NCBI GenBank assembly: GCA_046861645.1
Contig: JBHHUM010000001.1
Coordinates: 1 to 64,000, forward strand
Length of the DNA stretch: 64,000 nucleotides
DNA from: Fidelibacterota bacterium
Lineage (GTDB): Bacteria; Fidelibacterota; Marinisomatia; Marinisomatales; UBA2128
Direction of reading: 5' to 3'
Shown: piece by piece, positions 10,177 to 21,577 of the stretch
How the letters are laid out: each line of letters starts with the position of its first letter
Position numbering within the stretch: position 1 is the first letter of the stretch
Notes under the pieces: model-generated
Databases searched by the model: none
Seen by the model: the letters and a program-made list of their open reading frames with translations, nothing else
Told to the model about the DNA's origin: nothing
Translations under genes and position numbers: made by a program

Positions 10177-11324
10177 AATTGTCCAGTAAAAGAAAAAGGA
10201 AGAGTAAGAAGAAGCACAGTCGATTTGGCCTTTTGGGCTTTGTATTTAATACGCTTACTTATTTAATAATAGCTGTAGTTGTTTTCTGTGTAGGAGCTGT
10301 CCTCTTCTTGGATGCTCCCGATATCGAGCCTGCTCCGTACGCTCCGCCGATAGCACCCAAAATGGAGGGAGCTCTCAGAGAAAACAGTGCCCTGACAGGT
10401 GTTCGCCTTCTTGCAAAAGGCAAACTGGAAGGTCCCGAGGATGTCGCCGTGGATAGGGATGGAAACGTCTTTACCGGGCTCGAAGACGGCAAGATAGTTA
10501 AGATATCTCCCGAGGGAGATGTGGAGACGTTTGCTGAAACAGATGGACGCCCTTTGGGGCTGCAGTGGGGACCTCGCGGAGATCTCATCGTGGCCGATGC
10601 CGTCAGAGGACTTCTACGGGTGAACTCTAAGGGAGAAGTTTCAGTACTTGTCGCCAGAGCTCAAACCGTGCCTTTAGAAATGGCCGATGACCTGGATGTT
10701 TCAAGGGATGGCATGATCTATTTCTCTGATGCCACGGGGCCAGAAGTTGACATGGATTATTATCAAGATTTCCTTCTTCATCGACCTCTGGGACGGCTTC
10801 TGCGCTTCGATTACTATACAGACGAACTTAAGGTGTTACTCACTGATCTTTACTTTGCTAATGGAGTGGCTTTAGCCCCGGAAGAAAATTTTGTATTGGT
10901 ATGTGAAACCAGTGATTATCGAATTACCCGCTTATGGCTAAAGGGCCCTAAGGCAGGAGAGCGAGATATTTTTGCTGATAATCTCCCAGGCTTTCCTGAT
11001 GGTATTAGTGGTGATGGAAAGGGCAATTACTGGGTCGCTTTAGCCTCAAAGCGTCTCTGGTTTATAGATAATATCTTACTCCCCAACCTTTGGCTCAGAA
11101 AGTTACTACTCCACTTTCCTGCGTGGGCTCGCTTGAGCGGTTCCTCGTACGGTCTTATTATTCAACTGAACAGTGAAGGAGAGGTTATCGAAAGCCTTCA
11201 TGATCCTACCGGAAATACATTGCAGGGTATTACCAATGTTATAGAGCAAGGAGGTAAACTTTTTATCGGAACCCTGGAGGGCGATGCGATAGGTGTATAT
11301 GATAGGGAAAATAACAATATCTGA
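10167..11324 (+). CDS. Strictosidine synthase-like / SMP-30 beta-propeller hydrolase, membrane anchored
   Basis: GPED, GRPLGL, YFSDA, LYFANGVAL, NLPGFPDGI motifs; N-terminal TM. Confidence 0.85.
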   Translation: MVVKLSSKRKRKSKKKHSRFGLLGFVFNTLTYLIIAVVVFCVGAVLFLDAPDIEPAPYAPPIAPKMEGALRENSALTGVRLLAKGKLEGPEDVAVDRDGNVFTGLEDGKIVKISPEGDVETFAETDGRPLGLQWGPRGDLIVADAVRGLLRVNSKGEVSVLVARAQTVPLEMADDLDVSRDGMIYFSDATGPEVDMDYYQDFLLHRPLGRLLRFDYYTDELKVLLTDLYFANGVALAPEENFVLVCETSDYRITRLWLKGPKAGERDIFADNLPGFPDGISGDGKGNYWVALASKRLWFIDNILLPNLWLRKLLLHFPAWARLSGSSYGLIIQLNSEGEVIESLHDPTGNTLQGITNVIEQGGKLFIGTLEGDAIGVYDRENNNI

Positions 11325-11333
11325 CCTGATATT

Positions 11334-12842
11334 ATGAGATGTCTCCTCCTTTCCCTGGTAACTACATTTTTTTTCTTATCTTGTGCGAAAGTTCTTGTAG
11401 AGCATCAGATTACCCTCGATGGTGTTCGCGAAATCCATCAATACCTGAAAAGTGGAAGGGATTCAACCCTGGTGGCGAAAATTGTCTATGATAGTCTGGG
11501 TCGTAAGGTCGAAGAAGCCCACTTCAGCGATTTTAAGTTGGACGGAGAATATACTACGTGGTATCCGAATGGGCAAAGGTCCACTGTTCAAATGTTAAAG
11601 AAAGGGGTATTAAACGGTGAATCTTTCTGGTGGAATGAAACAGGGAAACTCGATTCGCAAAGAGTCTACAAAGATGGATTGCTGGATGGGAAAGAAATCA
11701 TTTATTACCCTAATGGCGAAAGAAAGATTGAAGCGTCATATCGAAAAGGTCGTTTAGATGGCGAAAAGATGTGGTGGAGCGAATCAGGAGTACTCGACTC
11801 TCAAAAAGTTTATGATGATGGACTTTTGGATGGCGAAATAAATCTCTATTACTCAAATGGAAATCTGAAGATTAAAGCCTTTTATAAAAAGAATCTTCTT
11901 CATGGAGAAAAGACATGGTGGAGTGAGTCGGGCGCACTGGATTCCCAAAAAGTTTACAAAGCCGGTATTCAAAATGGACCGGAAATATACTGGTTTCCCA
12001 ACGGTCAGATGCAGTCTACCGTAAAATTCTCCCAAGGGGTAAAAACAGGTAAGATGATCATCTGGGATGAAAATGGTCATCAACTTGAACTCCGTAAATA
12101 TAAGGAAGGACAGTTGGACGGGAAAATTCTTCGCTGGTATCCTATTGGCCAACTCGCTGCTGAGGAAGAGTATAAGGATGGTTTGTTGAACGGCACTTCA
12201 AGATATTGGTATGAGAATGGACATCTTTCCAGGGTAGATGAATATGTAGATGGTCTTCTTCACGGAACATCTGTACTTTGGGCTGAGTACGGCGCCAAAA
12301 CTGTAGAGCAGGAATACCGTAACGGTTTGTTGTATGGGAAAAGATTCGAATTTTACGATGAGGACAGGATATTTACAGAAACGGATTATGTAGCTGATTT
12401 AAAGCATGGTGTTCGCATTCAATATTCACCTTCAGGATCAATGGTTCGTCATGAACTGTTTTTCGAAGATGAACCAGTTTCTTACATTGCCTGGGATCAG
12501 GAAAAGACCCTCAGGGAAATACGAATTTTCAAAGAAGGTGAAACTGTATGGCGGACACGTTGGGATAAACACAAGCGGAGACCCAGGAAGGATCGGTGGC
12601 GGGATAAGTCGTATCTTGAGAAAGAGTGGCATTCCAACGGACGCATTATGGTAGAAAGAGATATGTTCCTAGGGAAAAAGCATGGTGCGGAAATTATTTA
12701 TGATAAAAAAGGAAGATTACAACGTATTTCTTTATTCCTGGAGGATGAAATTATCGCTCTTATAGGATGGGATTCCAATGGTCAATTAATGAGTACCGAA
12801 ATATTTGAAGACAATAAAGTAATTTGGGCGATGGAAGAATAA
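11334..12842 (+). CDS. MORN2/YwqK-type repeat lipoprotein
   Basis: FFFLS-C lipobox; many YKDGLLDGxxxxYYPNG 24-aa repeats. Confidence 0.8.
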   Translation: MRCLLLSLVTTFFFLSCAKVLVEHQITLDGVREIHQYLKSGRDSTLVAKIVYDSLGRKVEEAHFSDFKLDGEYTTWYPNGQRSTVQMLKKGVLNGESFWWNETGKLDSQRVYKDGLLDGKEIIYYPNGERKIEASYRKGRLDGEKMWWSESGVLDSQKVYDDGLLDGEINLYYSNGNLKIKAFYKKNLLHGEKTWWSESGALDSQKVYKAGIQNGPEIYWFPNGQMQSTVKFSQGVKTGKMIIWDENGHQLELRKYKEGQLDGKILRWYPIGQLAAEEEYKDGLLNGTSRYWYENGHLSRVDEYVDGLLHGTSVLWAEYGAKTVEQEYRNGLLYGKRFEFYDEDRIFTETDYVADLKHGVRIQYSPSGSMVRHELFFEDEPVSYIAWDQEKTLREIRIFKEGETVWRTRWDKHKRRPRKDRWRDKSYLEKEWHSNGRIMVERDMFLGKKHGAEIIYDKKGRLQRISLFLEDEIIALIGWDSNGQLMSTEIFEDNKVIWAMEE

Positions 12843-12908
12843 TGACAATTAGTACAAAGGTAAAGGTGGAGGTTTGTAAATTAGGATCAACTAAGTGGAG
12901 GTATTGTT

Positions 12909-13940
12909 TTGGGAAATTTTGAATCATATATCTTACCGCTGGCTTTATTAGCTGGAGCTATTTTATTAGGTTGGTTATTCAAGGTAGTAATTAGTCACCG
13001 GTTGAAGACCTTGGCTTCAAAGACTAAATGGAGAGGGGATGATGTAGTCATATCTGCTTTTCAATCTTCTATTCTGTTCTGGTTTATTTTAGGAGGTTTG
13101 TTTCTGGCTATAGAGCAGCTTCCAGAACAAGTACCACTGGACAAGTCTGCCATCAGTACTTTCCAGGTAATTATTCTTGTATTATTCATCTTATCCCTAT
13201 CAGCGGCATTGTCACGAGTGGCAGTGGGTTTGATGGAAATGTATGCTGAAAGTACCGGGGGTGTTTTTCCTTCTACCAGTATGTTTACCAACCTGGCGAG
13301 AATTTTTATAATGACTATTGGTTTACTGGTTATTTTTCAAACAGTGGGGATATCAATCACCCCGGTTCTGACTGCTCTAGGTGTGGGGGGGTTAGCTGTA
13401 TCCTTAGCTTTGAAAGACACCCTTTCAGACCTGTTTGCCGGTCTGCATATCATCTTATCCCGCAAGTTGAAACCCGGTGATCTCGTAGAATTAGATAGTG
13501 GTCAACGGGGTACTGTGGATAATATTACCTGGCGACAGACCACACTTCGGGATCGTAAAAACAACCTCATTGTGATACCTAATGGTAAACTTTCAGCGGC
13601 GATAATGATCAACTATGATGTTCCTCTCAAAGAGATGATCGTCCGGGTTAATTGTGGTGTGGCTTACGATAGTGATCTCGACAGAGTGGAGCAAATAGTT
13701 CTGGAAATAGCCAGGAAGGTAGTCAATACGACTCCTGGAGGTGTACCTGATTCTGAAGTGGGCATGAACTTTATCAATTTTGGTGATTCAAGTATTGATT
13801 TCAGGGTATCCATGCGGGCTCAAGACTATTCTGGTCAGTGGTCCGTGGCCCATGAATTCATTAAAAGACTCCATAAACGGTTTAATGAAGAAGGGATAGA
13901 GATACCCTTCCCCATTAGAACAGTTTACCAGAAAAACTGA
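12909..13940 (+). CDS. Small-conductance mechanosensitive channel (MscS family)
   Basis: LGVGGLAVSLALKDTLSDLFAG; IPNG; GIEIPFP. Confidence 0.9.
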   Translation: MGNFESYILPLALLAGAILLGWLFKVVISHRLKTLASKTKWRGDDVVISAFQSSILFWFILGGLFLAIEQLPEQVPLDKSAISTFQVIILVLFILSLSAALSRVAVGLMEMYAESTGGVFPSTSMFTNLARIFIMTIGLLVIFQTVGISITPVLTALGVGGLAVSLALKDTLSDLFAGLHIILSRKLKPGDLVELDSGQRGTVDNITWRQTTLRDRKNNLIVIPNGKLSAAIMINYDVPLKEMIVRVNCGVAYDSDLDRVEQIVLEIARKVVNTTPGGVPDSEVGMNFINFGDSSIDFRVSMRAQDYSGQWSVAHEFIKRLHKRFNEEGIEIPFPIRTVYQKN

Positions 13941-13998
13941 ACATTCTTAAGTGATCCACCGGATTTGATCATTTATTACCGGTGGGAATCCCCTTTAT

Positions 13999-15363
13999 AT
14001 GATATTAAAACCCAAAAGGGTCTTAGGTACTTTCGACGCTACTTTTATGGTAGTGGGCAATATGATTGGTTCTGGCATATTCGTTCTCTCCGGATATGCT
14101 GCTGCGCCTGTAAGTAGTGGAACGTGGCTTATTCTGGCCTGGATAGGAGGAGGCATTATCGCTCTTTTAGGAGCGTACTGTATATCAGAACTGGCGACAA
14201 GATTCCCGGAAACAGGGGGAGACTTTCTCTATTTACAAAAAGTTTATGGGTCCTATCCAGCTTTCCTTTATGGATGGATGAGTCTCTTCATCTTCGAGAG
14301 TGGATCCATCGCGATATTGGCTCTGTTTGGTGCAAAATACTTTATCAATCTTCCGTTATTAGGCAGTATAAACCTTACTGAGACAGCAATAGCATCTGTA
14401 TTTGTCCTTATTTTATCTCTGTTACATTGTTTGAAGGTTGAAGTAGGATCTCGAGTACAGTCTATATTAACCGTACTGAAAATTTCCGGTTTAATTATTC
14501 TCATTACACTCTTATGGGGAGCTCACGAAACAGCAGGGGGATCAATAACCCGAAGTCAGGTTATTTCGAATCCTGTGATGGGTTTTTCCAGAGCATTAAT
14601 TCCCATCTTCTTTGCTTACACGGGTTGGAATGTAGCTGGTTATATAGCTGGTGAAATCAAGGATCCTGGACGTACTCTTCCCGTCGCTTTGATAGGAGGT
14701 ACTGTTATTACCACTTTGCTTTATGTATTTGTAGAACTGGGTTTTCTGACTACGGCTGGGCTGGAGGTTATGCGGGGTGAAGAGCTGGTGCCACTGATAG
14801 CTCTACAATCAGCAGGGAAGGGAAGTTGGAGTCCCTATTTGACATTCCTCATCTTTGTAAGCGTAATCAGTTCATTGTCAATTACAATTCAAACTGCGGG
14901 AGCACGAGTTATCCAGGCTATGGGTGAACAGGGTCTATTTTTCAGGATTACAGGAAAGCGTAATTCCCGATTTGGTACTCCAGTTAATGCATTTGTAGTC
15001 CAGGCTGTGTGGACAATTATTCTGTTGTTTCTACTGGATGTAGAGACGCTGGTCGACTCGACTGTGGTCGTCATGATATTATTTTCTGCGTTGACAATTT
15101 CCACTCTGCTTAGATATCATTCTCGACCAGACTTTACGCTAAAGAAACAGAAGCTGCACTTTACAACACCCTTGTATCCTCTAATGCCGGTGATGTACAT
15201 TTTCTGTGTTATTTTTGTGTCGATTGGAGTGATAAGATACTATTTTGAACCAACTGTTATTGCAGAAAAGGGCGGCTTTATACCCCTGTGGGGTCTTGTT
15301 TCCATAGCAGTGGGATCATTAGTTTACTGGGTCTGGATTCGACTAAAGCGAGATAATAATTGA
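13999..15363 (+). CDS. APC-family amino acid permease
   Basis: GNMIGSGIF; ELATRFPETGGDFLYL; FAYTGW; GEIKDPGRTLP. Confidence 0.9.
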   Translation: MILKPKRVLGTFDATFMVVGNMIGSGIFVLSGYAAAPVSSGTWLILAWIGGGIIALLGAYCISELATRFPETGGDFLYLQKVYGSYPAFLYGWMSLFIFESGSIAILALFGAKYFINLPLLGSINLTETAIASVFVLILSLLHCLKVEVGSRVQSILTVLKISGLIILITLLWGAHETAGGSITRSQVISNPVMGFSRALIPIFFAYTGWNVAGYIAGEIKDPGRTLPVALIGGTVITTLLYVFVELGFLTTAGLEVMRGEELVPLIALQSAGKGSWSPYLTFLIFVSVISSLSITIQTAGARVIQAMGEQGLFFRITGKRNSRFGTPVNAFVVQAVWTIILLFLLDVETLVDSTVVVMILFSALTISTLLRYHSRPDFTLKKQKLHFTTPLYPLMPVMYIFCVIFVSIGVIRYYFEPTVIAEKGGFIPLWGLVSIAVGSLVYWVWIRLKRDNN

Positions 15364-15797
15364 TACTGAGAGTTAAACCTCTTCACGAAGAGACTGCAAA
15401 ATATTATCATAACCATGGTCATTTTCACGATGGTGATGCCGGGTTTGATATTTTTATTGTAGAGGAAGTTTCTTTTGCACCACGGGAAACCAAAGCAATT
15501 CACCTGGGTATCGCCTGTGAAACTGAAGGAAATGTTCCTTATTTCCTGATTCCACGCTCCAGTATATCCAAGACTCCTCTGCGGATGAGTAATTCCATTG
15601 GTCTGATTGATGGGGGATATCGAGGAGAAATTACCGCTTATTGTGACAATATTAGTGATCATCCTTACACTGTGGCAGTCGGTCAGAGATTGTTTCAACT
15701 TGTTTCAATGGATGGTTCGCCTATAGAATTTACACTGGTGGATAAGCTTACTGAAACCAGTCGTGGAGCTGGTGGTTTTGGGAGTACAGGAAGCTGA
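15360..15797 (+). CDS. dut: Trimeric dUTP diphosphatase
   Basis: DAGFD, PRSS, GLIDGGYRGE, RGAGGFGSTG motifs. Confidence 0.92.
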   Translation: MILRVKPLHEETAKYYHNHGHFHDGDAGFDIFIVEEVSFAPRETKAIHLGIACETEGNVPYFLIPRSSISKTPLRMSNSIGLIDGGYRGEITAYCDNISDHPYTVAVGQRLFQLVSMDGSPIEFTLVDKLTETSRGAGGFGSTGS

Positions 15798-15839
15798 ATC
15801 CTCACGTTATTTCCCTTTGAACTGACGGGATTAATTACT

Positions 15840-15866
15840 TTAGCACTCTATAAAGTAAAGTGCTAA
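15840..15866 (+). promoter_or_regulatory. CIRCE element (HrcA operator)
   Basis: TTAGCACTC-N9-AAGTGCTAA, one mismatch to consensus, upstream of groES. Confidence 0.9.
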
Positions 15867-15961
15867 AAAAGCTTGCTATCGGCAAGTTAATGATAATAAA
15901 TTTGGATGCTCGATTAGATTAAATGTTAACTCGGAAACATAACGTAAGGAGAATATAAAAA

Positions 15962-16255
15962 ATGGCACTGAAAGTAAAGCCTTTATCCGATCGTATTGTA
16001 GTCCGTCAAGCCGATGCCGAAGAGGTTTCTTCGGGAGGAATAATTTTACCTGACACGGCCAAGGAGAAGCCACAACAGGGTGAAATAATGGCAGTAGGAC
16101 CCGGTAAAGTAGCTGACAATGGCGAACTGATAAAAATGTCCTTAAAGGTCGGTGATCGTGTACTGTACGGAAAATATTCTGGGACAGAAGTGAGCATCGA
16201 CGGTGAAGACTACGTTTTCATGCGCGAGAGTGATATTCTCGCTATATTAAAATAG
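15962..16255 (+). CDS. groES: Co-chaperonin GroES
   Basis: [30 protein letters not shown]. Confidence 0.98.
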   Translation: MALKVKPLSDRIVVRQADAEEVSSGGIILPDTAKEKPQQGEIMAVGPGKVADNGELIKMSLKVGDRVLYGKYSGTEVSIDGEDYVFMRESDILAILK

Positions 16256-16274
16256 ATAAAGAGGTAACCCTTAG

Positions 16275-17909
<1,635 letters not shown>

Positions 17910-17932
17910 TAGCGTTGTTTACAGCGTATTTG

Positions 17933-17972
17933 GAAAGCCCTTTTACCAGATGGTAGAAGGGTTTTCTTTTTT
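17933..17972 (+). terminator. Rho-independent terminator after groEL
   Basis: GAAAGCCCTTTTACC / GGTAGAAGGGTTTTC stem followed by a T run. Confidence 0.8.
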
Positions 17973-18042
17973 AGGTGATACCATCGATCTTGACTATCCG
18001 TAAGCCCTCGACTAAATTCATCTGTTAAACACGGAGCTGGAA

Positions 18043-18408
18043 ATGGGAAAGATAAGACTGAACCAGATGTTGTTTTATGGATACCATGGAGCGGATGAAT
18101 CCGAGCAATCCCGCGGAGGAACATTTGAGGTGGATCTTGAAATAGATACGCATATTCGCGATGCCGCAGAATCGGATCATCTTGAAGATACCATTAACTA
18201 TGCCGATGTTTATTCTACTGTCCATGATTCTCTTACATCCAAAAAGCATTATCTCCTTGAATCCCTGGCCCAGGAAGTGGCTGATGCCATCATGAAGAAA
18301 TTTCCTATCAATGCTGTGAAAGTAAACGTACGCAAACCTCATGCACCGGTAAAAGGTGTGATCGGAAGTGTGGAAGTAGAAATCGTGAGAAACAGGAGTA
18401 ATGACTGA
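18043..18408 (+). CDS. folB: Dihydroneopterin aldolase
   Basis: FYGYHG, TINYA, LLESLA, KPHAP. Confidence 0.93.
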   Translation: MGKIRLNQMLFYGYHGADESEQSRGGTFEVDLEIDTHIRDAAESDHLEDTINYADVYSTVHDSLTSKKHYLLESLAQEVADAIMKKFPINAVKVNVRKPHAPVKGVIGSVEVEIVRNRSND

Positions 18409-18913
18409 ACCTGTAACAGTTTTCCTTAGTCTGGGATCGAATTTAGGAGACCCTTTTTTTCAAGTGGAGCGGGGGATAGACACAATGAACTATCATCCTT
18501 TAATTTCTATCAGGAAAGTTTCTCCATTTTATCGTACAGAACCAGTAGAAGCCCCCGGGCAAGCTGAATACATTAATTGCGTCGTGGAACTTTCTACCTC
18601 CCTCGATCCTCAATCTCTACTTGAAGTCTGCCATGACGTTGAAGAACAATCAGGACGAATTAGGGGATCTCTGAAAAATTCTCCCCGCACTTTGGATATG
18701 GACATAATTTTTTATGGTGGTCATCTAATTAAAGAAGAGTCCCTTACAATACCTCACCCACGCTATGCCCAGCGCCGTTTTGTATTGGAACCCTTAGTGG
18801 ATATTGCTCCTGACTTTATCTGTCCAGACAGCGATTTATCAACTTCAGAAGCCTTGCAGCGTTGTGAAGATTTCTCCCGTGTTGAGCTCCTCGAGCCAGA
18901 GGATATTTCGTGA
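18401..18913 (+). CDS. folK: HPPK (2-amino-4-hydroxy-6-hydroxymethyldihydropteridine diphosphokinase)
   Basis: LSLGSNLG, PRTLDMDI, IPHPR, RRFVLEPL. Confidence 0.95.
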   Translation: MTEPVTVFLSLGSNLGDPFFQVERGIDTMNYHPLISIRKVSPFYRTEPVEAPGQAEYINCVVELSTSLDPQSLLEVCHDVEEQSGRIRGSLKNSPRTLDMDIIFYGGHLIKEESLTIPHPRYAQRRFVLEPLVDIAPDFICPDSDLSTSEALQRCEDFSRVELLEPEDIS

Positions 18914-19551
18914 GAAATCTTTATTCTGTTGCCATAGAAGGAGTAATAGGTGTTGGCAAGACAAGCCTGGCTCGACTTTTAGCTGACCATCTTGATGCCA
19001 AATTGATTCTTGAAAAATTTGAAGAAAATCCTTTTCTTCCGGATTTTTATCGTGATCCTGAACGCTATGCTTTTCAAACACAACTCTTCTTTTTATTAAG
19101 CCGTTATCGTCAGCAACAGGAAATTCGGCAAACAGATATGTTCCATAAATTGATTATCTCAGACTATATGTTTGAGAAAGACCGGCTCTTTGCTTCATTA
19201 AATCTTGATGACAACGAAATGACTTTATACGATTCAGTAGCAAACCTGCTCCAGAGAAATGTTATTCCCCCTGATCTGGTTATCTATCTGCAAGCAGATA
19301 CCACTACATTGATGAAGCGAATCCGCTCCCGGGAACGGGATTTTGAAAAAGCTATCTCATCAGATTATATTGACGCCCTCTCTCAGGTTTATAATGAATT
19401 CTTTTTCCGTTACGAATCAAGCCCTTTACTGATAATTAATACTAACGATATCGATTTTGTAAATAATAAAAATGATTTGGAAGAGGTAATCCGCTACATC
19501 AGACAACCAGTGAGTGGAACCAAATTCTACAATCCCGCAGCGCAACTGTGA
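18910..19551 (+). CDS. Deoxynucleoside kinase
   Basis: IEGVIGVGKTS; FQTQLFFL; follows folK. Confidence 0.9.
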   Translation: MRNLYSVAIEGVIGVGKTSLARLLADHLDAKLILEKFEENPFLPDFYRDPERYAFQTQLFFLLSRYRQQQEIRQTDMFHKLIISDYMFEKDRLFASLNLDDNEMTLYDSVANLLQRNVIPPDLVIYLQADTTTLMKRIRSRERDFEKAISSDYIDALSQVYNEFFFRYESSPLLIINTNDIDFVNNKNDLEEVIRYIRQPVSGTKFYNPAAQL

Positions 19552-19736
19552 CTTTTTTCAGACTACTCCTGATCGCAGGTATCGCTTATGCTGTTTATGG
19601 TTTGTTGAAGTTTCTTTTTCCCACTTCTCAAGAAAAAATTAATTCCAAAACTTCAGGTCGAAGAAAAAGGAAGATTGATATTAATGATGCGGATGTCCGT
19701 GACGCCGATTTTCATGATATTGATGATGAAAAGTAA
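19548..19736 (+). CDS. Small single-TM hypothetical protein
   Basis: Overlaps both neighbours; N-terminal TM, acidic tail. Confidence 0.6.
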   Translation: MTFFRLLLIAGIAYAVYGLLKFLFPTSQEKINSKTSGRRKRKIDINDADVRDADFHDIDDEK

Positions 19737-20173
19737 TGGTAATTGGACCCCAAATAACTCGTCTTAGGTTTCCAGAATATCTGGATATCGGATTATTAAT
19801 AGTACGCGTTTGTACTGGAGTAGTGTTTATGTATCATGGTTATCCTAAAATGTTTGGGGGGATCATCGCTTGGGAAAAATATGGTGCCCTGGGAATGAGT
19901 AGTATTGGCGTCGACTTTTTCCTCCCTTTTTGGGGATTTATGGCCGCATTTTCAGAATTTATAGGTGGTTTGTTCCTCCTATTTGGTTTATTCTCTAGAC
20001 CAGCTCTAATCCTGATTTTTTTAACCATGTTTTTTGCTGTTCTGTATCATATAAACTCTGGCAAAGGTAGCCCGGTCTCGGCCATGCAATGGATTGCCAT
20101 TACAACTGCTCTTTTCTTAGCTGGCTCAGGCAAATACAGTCTTGACTATCTGTTAGTCAATAAAACTTTATGA
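19736..20173 (+). CDS. DoxX family membrane protein
   Basis: LIVRV..HGYPK; EFIGGL; GSGKYSLD. Confidence 0.88.
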   Translation: MVIGPQITRLRFPEYLDIGLLIVRVCTGVVFMYHGYPKMFGGIIAWEKYGALGMSSIGVDFFLPFWGFMAAFSEFIGGLFLLFGLFSRPALILIFLTMFFAVLYHINSGKGSPVSAMQWIAITTALFLAGSGKYSLDYLLVNKTL

Positions 20174-21192
20174 AAGCTGTTCGTATTCACGAGCATGGTG
20201 GGCCAGAAGTCTTGTGTTGGGAGAAGATATCAGCTCCTAAAATGGATCGGAATGAAGTATTAGTAGAAATCAAAGCGGCAGCTATGAATCATCTCGACAT
20301 CTGGGTCAGAGAAGGTTTACCCAGGGTGCCCCTCCCTGTGATAATGGGGAGTGACGGGAGTGGGGTAATTGTTGAGACCGGTTCAGACACTGAAGGTTGG
20401 CAGATCGGTGATGAAGTAATGATCCAACCGGGAACCTATTGTGGTACCTGCAATTGGTGCCTCTCCGGACAGGAGAATTACTGTGCGAATTATGGAATTT
20501 TAGGTGAAACTGAGGACGGTACCCAGTGTGAATTTCTTGCCATTCAACCTGGTAACCTGATACGTAAGCCATCTACGATCACTTTTGATGACGCGGCTGC
20601 TTTTTCTTTGGTTTTCCTGACGGCTCATGCCATGCTAATCCGGCGAGCTCACCTCCAAGCCGGTGAAACGGTTTTAGTGCTGGGAGGTGCTTCAGGAGTA
20701 GGAACCGCTGCTATACAAATCGCCAAACTCTTTAACTGTATTGTTATTGCCGTGGCCGGAAATGAAAAAAAATTAGAGCTTTGTCGTGAGTTGGGTGCGG
20801 ATCATTTGATTTCTTATCGAGAGGAAAAAATTTACCAACGAGTGAAGAAGATTACAGGGGGTTTGGGTGTAGATATTGTTGTGGAGCATGTTGGCTCTGC
20901 AACCTGGTTGGATAGTTTGCGGTCTTTAGCTTTGGGTGGAAGGTTAGTCACCTGTGGTGCCACAACAGGTGCACAGGTTGAAATTGACCTAAGACATCTG
21001 TTCCGAAAACAGCAATCAATTTTGGGCTCCACGATGGGAGACCTCCAGAGCTTCCGCGAAGTAGTCAGCTGGTTGGCAGAGGGGAAAGTACGTCCGGTTG
21101 TCGATAGAATATTCCCAATGCGCGAAATTCGCCAAGCACACCGTTATCTTGAAACAGGGCAGCAATCTGGTAAAGTCGTTCTAAATCCGTAA
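20170..21192 (+). CDS. Zinc-binding MDR dehydrogenase / quinone oxidoreductase
   Basis: HEHGGPEVL; CGTCNWC..C structural Zn motif; GGASGVG; GKVVL. Confidence 0.9.
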   Translation: MKAVRIHEHGGPEVLCWEKISAPKMDRNEVLVEIKAAAMNHLDIWVREGLPRVPLPVIMGSDGSGVIVETGSDTEGWQIGDEVMIQPGTYCGTCNWCLSGQENYCANYGILGETEDGTQCEFLAIQPGNLIRKPSTITFDDAAAFSLVFLTAHAMLIRRAHLQAGETVLVLGGASGVGTAAIQIAKLFNCIVIAVAGNEKKLELCRELGADHLISYREEKIYQRVKKITGGLGVDIVVEHVGSATWLDSLRSLALGGRLVTCGATTGAQVEIDLRHLFRKQQSILGSTMGDLQSFREVVSWLAEGKVRPVVDRIFPMREIRQAHRYLETGQQSGKVVLNP

Positions 21193-21551
21193 TGAGTTCC
21201 CGTCGATTTGAGAAACATATTTTTGTTTGTGTTAACGAACGACCTCCTGAAAATACAAAGGGTTGTTGTTCAGCAAAAGGGGGCTACGATATTCGCCTGG
21301 CATTCGCTAAACTTATTGCTGAACATGGTTTGAAAAGTAAGGTTAGAGCAAATAAATCCGGTTGTCTAGATTCTTGCGAATTAGGAGCAACTGTAGTGAT
21401 ATATCCTGAAGGATACTGGTACACTGAAGTATCACCAGAAGATGTTCTGGAAATCTTTGAGAAGTCAGTATTAAAAGACGAACCGGTATCACGATTATTG
21501 GCAGATCACAAGACATGGCACCGGCTGCGAGTGATTCGGGATAAAAATTGA
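21192..21551 (+). CDS. Thioredoxin-like [2Fe-2S] ferredoxin
   Basis: FVCVNER..GCC; SGCLDSC; VIYPEGYWY. Confidence 0.9.
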   Translation: MSSRRFEKHIFVCVNERPPENTKGCCSAKGGYDIRLAFAKLIAEHGLKSKVRANKSGCLDSCELGATVVIYPEGYWYTEVSPEDVLEIFEKSVLKDEPVSRLLADHKTWHRLRVIRDKN

Positions 21552-21577
21552 TGATGTTTTTATTAACTGGATAAACT

